DNA from: Eledone cirrhosa
Lineage: Eukaryota
Assembly: GCA_964016885.1 (NCBI GenBank)
Contig: OZ024740.1
Span: 145,948,001-146,012,000, forward strand
Length of the DNA: 64,000 nt
Direction: 5' to 3'
The notes under the pieces are model-generated. The model searched no databases. It was not told the DNA's origin and saw nothing but the letters and a program-made list of their open reading frames with translations. A program made the position numbers and the translations under genes. Below, piece after piece: positions 38,851-50,896 of this stretch (positions within the stretch are counted from its first letter, which is position 1; each line of letters begins with the position of its first letter).

Positions 38851-39322
38851 CACACACACACACTGTCTCTCTCTCTCTCTTACTTGTAAAGTCATTTAAT
38901 CAGCTTAATTGTTGAATTGTTAATGGCAAATTAATTTGAAAAAGTCATATATTGTATTTTCTTTGCTAACCATAAAGCAATGATTGACTTGACTTCTAAC
39001 CATTGCCTGCAGATTTCATTAGAGTAAATAAGTTTAAGCATTTGAATATGTAGATATCAGTTTTAATTCCTAGTTACTATTAACATACCAGGCTGCTCTC
39101 TCTGTAGATTGTGACAAGTGTCCCCAGCTCCCCTTACAATTAGGATAGAATTATTTTCATGTATTATCTGGATTATTCAGCGTGTTTCAACTTTTTAGAC
39201 AGGCTGTCCTCATTACCTGACTGGGATTGATGTCCTTGGTTATTCTTGTTGAAGGTCTAAGGCAAATGGCTCTAACATAGTGTTTATTATGGAAAGGAAA
39301 AGGGAGGTGTTATTACAATGTC

Positions 39323-39660
39323 TGAAGGTGTGTAACTTAGTGGTTAGAGCCTTGGGCTCACAATCTTGAGGTTATGAGTTTGATTCTCAGACAGGGTAGC
39401 AATTTGTGTCCTTGTGCAAAACACTTTATTTCACATTGTTCCAGTTTACTCAACTGGAAAAAAATGAGTTGAGACTTCACTGTTGCCAAATTTTATCAGT
39501 CTTTACCTTTCACTTAGACAACATTGGTAGCATGAAGAGAGTAGACTGGTATACATTGGTAACAGTTGGTCATCTACAAAAACACCTTGCTTGTACTTGT
39601 GCTTTGTAGAGGAACTTTCTAGGTGCAAACACATGGTCATCTATTACTGAAGGGGGCTTA
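39323..39660 (+). mobile_element. SINE family B
   Basis: tRNA-like head (cttagtggttagag...gagtttgattc), homologous to 7060-7350. Confidence 0.7.
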
Positions 39661-40734
39661 CAAGCCTGAGACTGTTTTCATGTTACTCCAAAGCAGTCTC
39701 AAAAACAAAATTGCTTTTTTGCCATGAAAACAGTTTAAGCTTGACTGTTGGGCATTCTATCCTATAATAATTTCTACACTCTACTTTCCTAAAGTCGGGA
39801 GTACTAAATTGAATAATCGTGTTACTAGTAACTTTTCGTCCATATACAGGGTGTCCCCCTAAAATGTTGGCTTTTCCCTTCTTCATATTCATAAACTCTT
39901 TTAGTATCATTTTTCTAATGAAAAACATTGTTAATGATTTTCAAATAATTTTTTAAGTAATCAAAAATTTTGAGGGATTTAATTAGTGTAGGGAACAAAT
40001 TTAACAAAGGTTCATACAAAAATCTATGTTTGAAGGTTTTTACATTTTTTTAGATACTTTTGAATAAAGCTTTGTATCATAGAACCAATTTGGTATCAAA
40101 AGGATTAATTACATCTTTGACCATAAAACGTTTGACCACAGTAGTTGGCTTTTCTGTTGAGTTTACAGGATGTAGTTTCTCTTTCCCTCTCACATTCTTG
40201 ACATTCAGGAACTACTCCTTCAGTAACTTTCTGAGTGACATTGAGGTTAAGTACACTAATGTCATTCTGCAGCAATGTCTTGGTTCACACAGATAGAGAA
40301 CCTTGTAATCCAAGATAGTTAATGCCTAACAATCTTTTCAGCTCTTTGTAATCTTAACTATAATAAAGAAAGGAGTGCAAGACTGCATCCAGAATTTAAT
40401 TTTTTATCCCGTTTGTAAAATAAGTTGGATTACTTTGAATAAATAATGAATGAATATTACATAATTTATCTGCTAAATTTCACAGCTTTTGATTAAATAT
40501 ATTTTATTGCTTATTTAAAGATTCACTTTAAAATTTTCAAATGTCAACACTTCCGATTAGCGATCACTTAAATAAACATTCAATATTTCTGTCACTAATT
40601 TTCTCCTAATGCATAAATATGACCTATTTACATCTATAAATGTGTGTGTTTACATACACATTTCTTGCAGCTTTAGTTAAATCTAATATTGTTTCTGTTC
40701 ATATACAAATATATATGTTTATGTGTATGTATAT

Positions 40735-42374
40735 ATCATCATCATCATTTAACATCTACTTTCCCTGTTAGCAAAGGTTTGATGGGTATATATAGATCAG
40801 GTCAGTACTGAAGCAGAGCTATTGACCTCCCATATTGTCGTGTCTTTTAACACAAACTGAAGGGTCCTCCTAATCCCTTGTTTGGCAAGCTTTCTGTGAC
40901 TGGATACCCTTCCTATCATTAACCACTTTACAACATGTACTGGGTGTGTTTATCGTGTAGATACTGTAGATCATCAACACTAGAGAGGTTGTTGTGTCTT
41001 TGGCACAACTAAACCCTTTTAGGCATGGTTTTGACAGCAGAGTGCCCTTCCTGTTGCCAACCACCCTTATGGAATGTACTCGGTGCATTTTCGTGACACC
41101 ATCACTAGAGAGGTTGTTGGTCATAGACCCAACTGTAGAGCCCTCGCAACTCTAGGGAGGGAGCAATAGGGGTCGGAGATTGGTATGAAATTATAGGTGT
41201 TTGTGGGAATTTGGTAGAGCAATGAGAAAAGGGTAGGCGTGGCTGATTAGTGTATGGGGATGTAGTGGTGTGAGGAATGTACTCAATATGGTGGGGGTGG
41301 TTTGATGGAGAGATAGGTAGGGGTAAGGGATGAGTAAGGGGTAGGGGTAGCTGGTTAGTGTATGAGGATGTAGTAGTGTGGGGGATGCGCTTGATGGAGA
41401 AGGGGGGTCATAGTGGAGAGATATGTAAGGGGTGGTAGTGGGGGTGAACAAGGGGTAGAGAGAGTAGCTACTAGAGTGCAATGGTGAGGATATCTATGGT
41501 CTTTAGAGGCGGATGGTAGTTGATTGGTTCTGGAGGGGCTTGGGTGGTAGGTGCAGTAGGTGTGAAGATAGATGGTGGGGAGTGCCAATGGGAGGGAGGC
41601 GCAGGGGTTCATGGATGGGTCAGGTCATATTGTATGTTTCTGGCTGGGTCTTCATCGTCACAGCATAGCACAAGCCCCCTAGATCCTTTGTCATCTCAGT
41701 TGTGAGGCTTAGTATCTTAAGTTCACTCTTCAGTACCTCATCCCATGTTTTCCTTGGGTACCGGCCACTGGGATTGCTCTTTATTTCTTTATGCAGTTGC
41801 TATCTTCCACATGCACCACGTGTCCATACCTGCACAGTCTTCTCTCTTGCACACTACATCCATTCTTCTTATGCCAAGTTTTCCTCTCAGGTTACTTATA
41901 TTATGTTGTTTATGCAATACAAATCCATCAGAGCATACTCACTTCATTTCTCTCCATCCTTCGCAGGTCTTCTGTGGTTAAGGCCTATGTTTCACTGCCA
42001 TGTGCCATTGTAGTTCATATGCAGGCATCATACAGTCTACCCTTCACTTTCAACGAGAAGCTCTTTGTTGTCAGCAGAGGTATCAGCTTTCTAAACTTCT
42101 TCAAGCCTGTTCTGATCCTGGCTATCACTTTTTCAGTGCATCTTCCTTCACTGCTAATTTGATTGCCTAAGTAACAAAAGCTGTTGACAATCTCTTAGGA
42201 GCCTCCCTAGTAGCTGAAGGAATCTAATTCATGTGACTTCTTAGTACTTACTTCTCTTGTGAATCTGCCACATACAAAGTCTATCTGTTAATCTGCCTGC
42301 AATCACACTACATCTTTGTGCATTCATAGATTGCACTGTGTGTACCTTATAGAATTTCTGCCCACCCCTTTCTG

Positions 42375-42422
<48 letters not shown>

Positions 42423-42832
42423 TTGTAAATGTATGTATATGTATGTATATTATATGTATGTATATATCATCATCATCGTTTTTACGTCCGCTTTTCCATG
42501 CTTGCATGGGTTGGACGGGTCCTTCTCAGCATGGCATTTCTTAACCCATTGGTCATTGTCCATGCACATCACATGTCCATACCAATGCAAATTCCCTTAA
42601 ACTCAGCTTCTCCCTCAACTCATCCAAACTGCCTTTCTCTCCCACTTACATTGCACATCCAATGAAGTGTGGTTGCCTCATTTCTTTCCAGTCTACGCAT
42701 GTCCTCTGCAGTCACTGCTCTTGTTTCACTACCATGTAGCATTGCGCATACAGCCTTCCTTTTGTATGTAGGGAGAAGCCTTTAGTTGTCAACAGTGGGA
42801 GTAGTTCTCTTAACTTCGACCATGTATGTATT

Positions 42833-42863
<31 letters not shown>

Positions 42864-43320
42864 GTAGTAGTTTAAATGAATTGATATCACAACCATCTAA
42901 TGGCAAAGAATAATTCAAAGCTCAAATGTGAGCAACATAGGTAAAAGACAGTTCAGAATTTAATTCAATTGGTAAATTTCCAATCACAGTAGTTTTACAC
43001 TACCACAGAGCATATAAGAAATGAAGCACAGCTAATTAGAGAAAGAATCAAGTTAGTTGAAATGCAGTTTGGATTTATGCCAGATAGGTGTACTACCGAT
43101 GCCTTCTTTCAAGTGAGACAACTACAGGAGAGGTACTTAGCTAAGAGTAAGCCACCTTATCTATCATTTGTAGATATGTTCTGTAATCTGGTGGGTACTT
43201 AGTAAGGTAGGTGTAGACAAATGGCTTGTGAGGGCCATGCAGGCCATGTATATAGGAGCAACCAGCAGAGTAAGAGTTGGTAATAAGCATTGATGAATTT
43301 GAAGTGTAGGTGGGCATTAA
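40735..43320. mobile_element. Cluster of degenerate RTE fragments (40735-42365 minus, 42465-42830 minus, 43030-43320 plus)
   Basis: KKFRKLIPLL, RELLPLLTTKGFSL, EMQFGFMP remnants; (CAT)n tails. Confidence 0.8.
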
Positions 43321-43804
43321 ACAATTACAAAACCATACTATCAGAAAGAGTTCAACATCTTCATGATACAGTTTGGCATAGATCTAGATCTGTGGCTTAT
43401 TTGTAGCAGCTGATGCAAGGTTTCTTGGCAAAGGTAAGTATATCACTCATTCACTAGGCTCCCTACTTACCAGCCAGACATGTTCCTTCTGACTTTTTTG
43501 AGAGCCACAGGACATCATGTGGACTGCAACAGTAGAGCTGAGCCATTCCAGAAGAAGCAGTCCACATGTGCTTTGAACAGTGGAAGGATTGCTAGGTTAA
43601 GTGTGTGGAGACACAAGGGACTTACTTCAAAGGGGATTAGCAATTGAAACTCTCCAACTTAAGATCAGATACGTTTTCAACAGACCTCATATTTATCTAT
43701 ATGTATATAAAAGGAAAGGACATTTTAGTCAAATGTCATGTGGTACTTTCAATTCTATTGAATTTTGTCATTGTGTGTGTGTGTGTTTGTATATATATCT
43801 CTCT

Positions 43805-44815
43805 CTCTATATAAAATTCTTTGTCTCTCTGTCTGTCCGTTTCCTTATGCATTCTCGAACGGCTTGACCAAATCAAATCAAATTTTACTACGTAATAGTA
43901 TTAGACCCCTGGATTAACATGTAATTTTTATTTTCATTTGGATTAAAACAATATAACGTTTAACTAAAATATTCTACTATAGACTATAAGTAAACAACAT
44001 TTTATAACGCGACGACAACGATGTCACATTTTGTATATGAGTGTGTGTGTGTGTGTGTGTATCTTTAGATACATTAGGCCTTAGTAAGTTACATACACAC
44101 ACATCTTCATGTAAATATTTAATCAGATACACAGAGAATTAAACACACATCTACACATACACATACACATACATATGTGATGACTGACAAGTATATGTGT
44201 GTGAGTGTATGTGACAATAACAACAGCGATGTCACATTGTGTATATGAGTGTGTGTGTGTTTGCACGTTCGTTACATACGTTAGGCCTTAGTAAGTTACA
44301 TACACATACATCTTCACGTAAATATTTAATCAGATACACAGAGAATTAAATACACACACATCTACACATACATATACGTGTGATGACTGACAAGTATATG
44401 TGTATGAGAGTGTGTGTTTGAGGTTGAATTTAAGAGGCTTCAGTTACCAGTCAAACTAAGTTTTGTTATTTCAATTAACAAATCTCGGGGTCAATCCCTC
44501 AAGGTAGTTGGACTTGATCTCTCTACTACATGTTTCTCCCACAGTCAACTCTATGTTGGTTGCTTGCAAGTTGGAAGCAGCAACAGTTTATTCATTTGGA
44601 CACCAACAAAAAATTACACAATGAATATTATTTATCCTGAGGTGCTTCAAGATTGACAGATTTTTATTTCTAAATTCTATTATAATTACAATTTTGATAT
44701 TTTAAAAATAAAATGTAGATATTTTGAAATAATTATGAGAAAGAAAAAAGTCCATATTTATTGTTTACTAATAAGAACAGCAGTAACCCGGGCAACAACC
44801 GGGTCATTCAGCTAG
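43805..44815 (+). mobile_element. Non-autonomous Helitron with a Pif1 helicase C-terminal remnant
   Basis: FKRLQLPVKLSFVISINKSRGQSL...FSHSQLYV; 3' acccgg-gcaacaa-ccgggt hairpin then CTAG|T; TC-starting 5' end; internal ~205-bp tandem duplication. Confidence 0.85.
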
Positions 44816-44854
44816 TATATATATATACTAGCATATATCATGGCATATATTAAT

Positions 44855-44924
<70 letters not shown>

Positions 44925-44949
44925 CATATATGAATGACATAGATGCCAA

Positions 44950-46000
44950 CTTAAAGCAGGGATCTGTTCTGGGCCCCCTTTTGTTTGTGGCATATATTAA
45001 TGACATTGATGCCAACTTAAAGAATGCCACAGTACTGAAATATGCAGATGACATCAAGCTGTACCTTGAGATAAAAAGGACAGATCCTGAACACTATAGA
45101 TCTTGCCTGCAATCTGACCTGGATACACTGCAACAATGGATCACAGACTGGCAACTCAAGTTGGCTGTGGACAAGTGCACCACCATACATTTTGGAAGTA
45201 AAAATCCAGCGTCCACATACTCCCTACACAACACTAATATCAAGAAGTCTTCTTGTGAACGTGACCTGGGCATTACTGTCAGCAGCGATTTGCGTTGGAC
45301 GAAGCACATCTCTAAAATTGTCAAGAAGGCCGAGGGTGTCTTAGCATCACTCAGCAAGACCTTTGTCAGCCGCTCTCCTGCTATCTATTTAAAGCTGTAT
45401 ATAGCTATGGTGCGGCCACACTAAGAAGTTGCATCACCAGTCTGGAACCCCTATCTTTCTCAGAACATTGACTGCCTGGAAACTGTTCAGAGACGTGCAA
45501 CCAAGCAAATACCCTCCATCAGGCATCTACCATATTCTGAACGCCTTGCTTCCATGGGCATGGATACATTGAAGCTCCGACGTCTGGCAACTGTCTTGGT
45601 AAACACCCACAAAATTATTAACCTTCTTGCCAACAACAACTCTGAGTACCTTTTTGATTTCCATGTGTCTAACACACGTGGACATGCCCACAAAGTCAGA
45701 AAACAGCACAGCTCCCATGACTTTTGAAACATTTTTTCACACTCAGAGTTGCTGAAGCATGGAACAAACTACCTACATCAGTTATTAGCTGTCGAGACAC
45801 TGCATCCTTTAAAACCTCCATGCTTCCTGAGATTTGCGAACACTACACCTAATATTCCCCCTCCACACACACACACCTGTATATCATGACTCATACACTA
45901 TTTACTTCCCTGACATTTGTATATTATTCTATGTACCATCATGCACCTTTGATGAGTTGTAGTGCACCTGAGCACTGTATACAATAATTTCATTATTATT
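44950..46000 (+). mobile_element. CR1-type LINE, 5'-truncated
   Basis: QGSVLGPLLF, YADDIKLY, ERDLGI, LY.AMVRPH; (ATT)n tail. Confidence 0.9.
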
Positions 46001-46004
46001 CATT

Positions 46005-46440
46005 GTCATCATCATCATCATCATCACCGTTTTACGTCCGTTCTTCCACGCTAGCATGGGTTAGACGGGTTGTAGGCAGTGTCCGGTAGGCTGACCTTGT
46101 CTTGCTCATACGGGAACTGATTCTGGCTTGATTTCTACAGCTGGATGCCCTTCCTAACACCAACCTCATTTACAGTGAGTGGTGGGTGCTTTTTTTTCCG
46201 TGGCGCCTACATGTCCACTTTACAGTGTGGGCTGGGTGCTTTTTTGCCGTGGCACCTCCACGACCACTTTGCAGTGGAATGGTAGGGACCCCAGTCCTAT
46301 CATCTCATTTCTACAGCTGAGTAAACTGGAGCAATGTGAAATAAAATGTCTTACTCAAGGAAACAACACATTACCCAGTCCGAGAATTGAACTCACAACC
46401 TTTCGATTGCAAGCCCAATGCTCTAACCCCTAAGCCATGT
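46005..46440 (-). mobile_element. RTE 3' UTR (46005-46280) abutting SINE family B (46280-46440)
   Basis: Matches 50897-51170 and 7060-7350 respectively. Confidence 0.75.
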
Positions 46441-46441
46441 G

Positions 46442-46500
<59 letters not shown>

Positions 46501-46642
46501 TACAGGCACACATATATATATGTACGTATCAGTTTACCGAACATTTATTATAATGTTCGTTTGTAAACAAACGAACAGCCTGATTTACGCCGTACAGTGT
46601 TTAGGCAACCACGTCACCTTTTTGTTCAACACTGACACAGGA

Positions 46643-46685
46643 ACGATGTACTAGTTTCAAGCTTGTTAGCTATCGTCAGCACCGT
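46643..46685 (-). ncRNA. Type I hammerhead ribozyme
   Basis: Reverse complement is identical to 47160-47202. Confidence 0.8.
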
Positions 46686-46914
46686 ATACCTTTCTGCCAG
46701 ATGGTTGAACGTTCGAAAGTATATACTTTCCTTATGAAAATTAACGGCTGAGCAGCCTAATTTGCATATCGAGTGAGTTCAGTCGGCCAGGCGCACCGAA
46801 AACGATAAATGGAATAGAATGAAACGAAATTTCATTTCTCACTCTTAGTACGGCACTTACTTAAATGTAAGTATGTATACGTACATACATATATGTATAC
46901 AGACGTACAGTAGC

Positions 46915-46965
<51 letters not shown>

Positions 46966-47159
46966 CAGGCACACATATATATATGTACGTATCAGTTTAA
47001 GAGTGAGAAATGAAATTTCGTTTCATTCTATTCCATTTATCGTTTTTGGTGCGTCTGGCCGACTGAACTCACTCGATATGCAAATTAGGCTGCTCAGCCG
47101 TTAATTTTCATAAGGAAAGTATATACTTTCGAACGTTCAACCATCTGGCAGAAAGGTAT

Positions 47160-47202
47160 ACGGTGCTGACGATAGCTAACAAGCTTGAAACTAGTACATC
47201 GT
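47160..47202 (+). ncRNA. Type I hammerhead ribozyme
   Basis: ACGGTG CTGACGA t AGCT aaca AGCT t GAAA CTAG TA CATCGT. Confidence 0.8.
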
Positions 47203-48019
47203 TCCTGTGTCAGTGTTGAACAAAAAGGTGACGTGGTTGCCTGAACACTGTACGGCGTAAATCAGGCTGTCTGTTTGTTTACAAACGAACATTATAATAA
47301 ATGTTTGGTAAACTGATACGTACATAAATATATGTGTGCCTGTATATATATATATATATATATACATGCTACTGTACGTCTGTATACATATATGTATGTA
47401 CGTATACATACATACTTACATTTAAGTAAGTGCCGTACTAAGAGTGAGAAATGAAATTTCGTTTCATTCTATTCCTATATATATATATATATATATAATG
47501 CCCAGCAACAGGATGTTTATCTTGGTTACATAGAATGATTTGCTAGTGCTCTACTAATCATAGGTTTGTACCATTTCTGCATTAAACTTTTAATAAGATT
47601 GTTGCTATTTGTTTTTGTTTCAATTATTAATTAAGGATCCCCCTCCCTTTAGGAGTTTGATTTCACTAAGGTTGAATTTATCTTTAAGATCTATTGGATC
47701 GAGTGAACTCAGATGTTCCCAACAAGTGACTTCCAGTAGATATGATAGTCCATAGTAACAGGAAAATTTTCTGGTTAACTTTTTTTCTTTTTCAAATATA
47801 TTAAGAACACCTTGAAAAGAGGGAGGTAATATAATATTGTAAAGCATTGTATATAACAAAGATTTGTAATCGGCTGAATTTTTGCTGATATAAGATGTAA
47901 GAAAAAGAGATGCCTTATCTTGTAACTTAATGTTTAGTCTATTTGTCAACTGGAAAATATAAAATATTATATTTAGGTAGTTGGATCGTGAAACTTCTAT
48001 GGGAAATATGAATTATTAA

Positions 48020-48217
48020 CCCTTTAGCATTTACATTGCTCTATATATACTATTATATTTTCATGGTAGACACTTTATCTCACATAATATTGAATCTATG
48101 AGATTTTGATATTATTTATTTTGAGAACAATACCTTAATATCAGTCGAAGCAGCCGGTTATAACAGAAAGAGGTGAGAGAATTCTGGCTGGATACGGTCA
48201 GTTTAAATGCTGAAGGG
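48020..48217. mobile_element. piggyBac-like MITE
   Basis: TTAA on both sides; TIRs ccctttagcattta / taaatgctgaaggg. Confidence 0.75.
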
Positions 48218-48259
48218 TTAATTTCATTTTGAATTAACTCTAAAATCTGGGGATATATA

Positions 48260-48650
48260 CTCTTTACCTGTTCCAGCTGACTGGCTAAGGTTATGCTGGG
48301 ACACTGCTATTGTCACTACACTTTCTGTAACCAGCCTTCCTGGGTTGGCCTTTGATGTAAGAGGGAGTTTGTTAATGTTGTCTTTAATTGTACTTCGTCT
48401 TATGCTGTGGGTTCATGTGGGGTCTTGGTTAGCAGAATGTTGAGATGTTCTTGAAAACATTTACATCCACACCATGTAGATTTCTTGGGTTTTTTGTCAG
48501 CTTATGAAAGAGCTGGGTAATTTGAACCCCAGGCTATTGCAGTATCTGGTTCTTATCCTAAACGTGAAACTTGGGACCTTTGGTACTACACAGTGGCGTC
48601 CTGTTTGAAGGTTGGTCCAGCTCTCAGTGCCACAGTTTGGTACTAGTCCT
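48260..48650 (-). mobile_element. CR1-like LINE 3' fragment
   Basis: Reverse complement reads GLVPNCG...TGRHCVVPKVP, decayed. Confidence 0.5.
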
Positions 48651-49095
48651 TCCAAATGTATATATTGCAGTTAACATTCCTTTATGCTAGCACTTGGTCA
48701 CATACATCAAAGATGATCTGTGAGAAGCTGCTGGAGCTAGGTTTTGAGGTTTTGCCCCACTAACCATATTCACCCAACCTCACATTAACAGACTATCACA
48801 AATGTACATGTTGCAGTTAATATTTTAAAATATGAATTTCACCTAACTTTGCAATATTTGTTAGTGTTTACTAGAACAACACAATCAAAATCAAAGTAGT
48901 AGTAGTAGATGTGGTAGTAGAAGCAGTAGTAGTAGTAGTAGCAGTGGTAGTAGCAGTGGTATTGGTGATGGTAGTGTAGTGACAGTGATGCTGCCACTAC
49001 CAGTAACCACCATAATTACTATAACAAGTGTCAGCACCTGTCTCTCTATCTGTATCTTTCCTTACATATTCTACTCTCTCTCTTTTATCATTGTA

Positions 49096-50328
49096 TTGGG
49101 TTTGACAGAAGGTTCCTGCCATTTTCCAAAAGCAGGTATTTTAGTAGAATTTTCTGGAGATGTTGAAGGTTGCACATGCACACATATATAAGAAGTGACA
49201 TTGGTATGTACTATGTGCATTTCTCATTTTCTGTTATGCTGTCAAACGAGAAGCAGCATGGATCTATCCAAATTGTTTATTCATGGGTATTTATTTACTT
49301 TATGACTTCAAATCTGGCCTAAGTGCTGCAGCATTGAGTTGTCACATTAACAATGCATTTGGGTCACACACCGTATCTGAATGCAGTGTCAGGGACTGGT
49401 TTGCACACTTCTGTTCTGGTGATTACAGCCTTAAAGATCGACCTCGTGCAGGAAATCCATTTGACTTCAATGACAAGCAACTGCATGAGCTGGTGGAAGC
49501 CGACTCACAATAGACATCTCGGGAACTCTCCGAAGTGTTTGGGGCTTCAAAAACAACCATCCTCAATCACTTGCTTGCAATAGGGAAGGTGTCTAAGTTG
49601 GACCAATGGGTGCCCCACAATCTGACTGACCATAATCGTGTCAGGTGGCAGCTGCGACTTTTTCATTCTCCTTCCATTGCATAACCAACTGGTTACGTTC
49701 CATTGTCACTGGTGATAAAAAATGGTGTTTCTACATTAATGTCCAGAGCAAGCAATTGTGGTGTGATAAAGAGAGTGCACCACAATGACAAGCAAAGGTT
49801 GGCCTCCACTCTCACAAGGCCCTACTTAACATCTAGTGAGACTGGAAAGGTGTCATCCACTACAAGCTGCTCCCACTGAACGCCAACATAATCTTTGACA
49901 TCTATTACCAACAAGTTGACAGACTAGCAGCGAAAATCGCACAGGTGCACCCACACCATGGTCCTGTTTGATTCCTTCATGATAACACTTGGCCTCATAC
50001 ATCAAGGATGACCAGTGAGAAAGCTGTTGGAGCTAGGTTGGGAGGTTTTGCCCTAACTACCATATTTGCCCAACCTTGCACTTACAGACTATCACCTTTT
50101 TTTTCTCAATGAGCAATACAATGCAGCCAAAAGACCTTCATGAATGAAGACAGTTAAATCAGTGGTCAACAGAGTTCTCTGCATCAAAGCTAGAAGAATT
50201 TTACCTGGAAGGAATCATGTGCCTTCCTAAACGATGGCAGATAGTAATTGCAAATGATGGCAATTATTTTAACTTGTAACATTTTTCTAAAAATTAAAAA
50301 AATGGCGAGAACTTTCTTTCCAACCTAA
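49096..50328 (+). mobile_element. Full-length degenerate mariner transposon
   Basis: TA TSDs, ~30-bp diverged TIRs, WVPHNL, IVTGDKKW, LHDNTWPH, PYLPNLALTDYHL; multiple stops. Confidence 0.9.
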
Positions 50329-50896
50329 TAGTTATCAATATCATCACCACTGCTAACACCTCTACATTGACTTAACCCTTTTGATACCAAACCACCAGTA
50401 ACCACCCCTGGTTTTATGATACAAAACTGTTTATTTTAAAGTCTTTATATTTATCTGACAATTTCAGTTAAATTCTATAACCTGCTTATTTTGGGGCAAA
50501 CGCTTAGCAGTATTTGACTCGGCTTTTTACTTTCTGAGTTCAAATCCTGCTGAGGTTAACTTTGCCTTTCACCCTTCCAAGGTTGGTAAAATAAAATATA
50601 ACTCAAGTACTGGAGTTGATATAATTGACTTTCTCCCCCAATTTTCTGGTCTTGTGCCTACGCTAGAAATCATTATTAATTTTGTCTATCGGCAGAATCA
50701 TAGGGATAGTTTTCTTCTGATAAAGAGATAAACATTTCTTTGGTTTTTCTGTGTATAGAGAAAATTACAAAAAGCTTATAATTTGGAAACGTAGTTATAT
50801 GCACATTGAATTTATGTCAGAACTTTTAATACACACTGTGTTATAGCATAAATATTTAATGTATGTGTATTGATGTAGGTGTATAAATATATATGT

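Larger units (their letters stand above)
46501..47475. mobile_element. Head-to-head pair of retrozyme-like HHR monomers (463 and 441 bp)
   Basis: Near-identical inverted copies, each with ~35-nt terminal redundancy and a different permutation; flanked by (TA)n/(CA)n. Confidence 0.75.
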
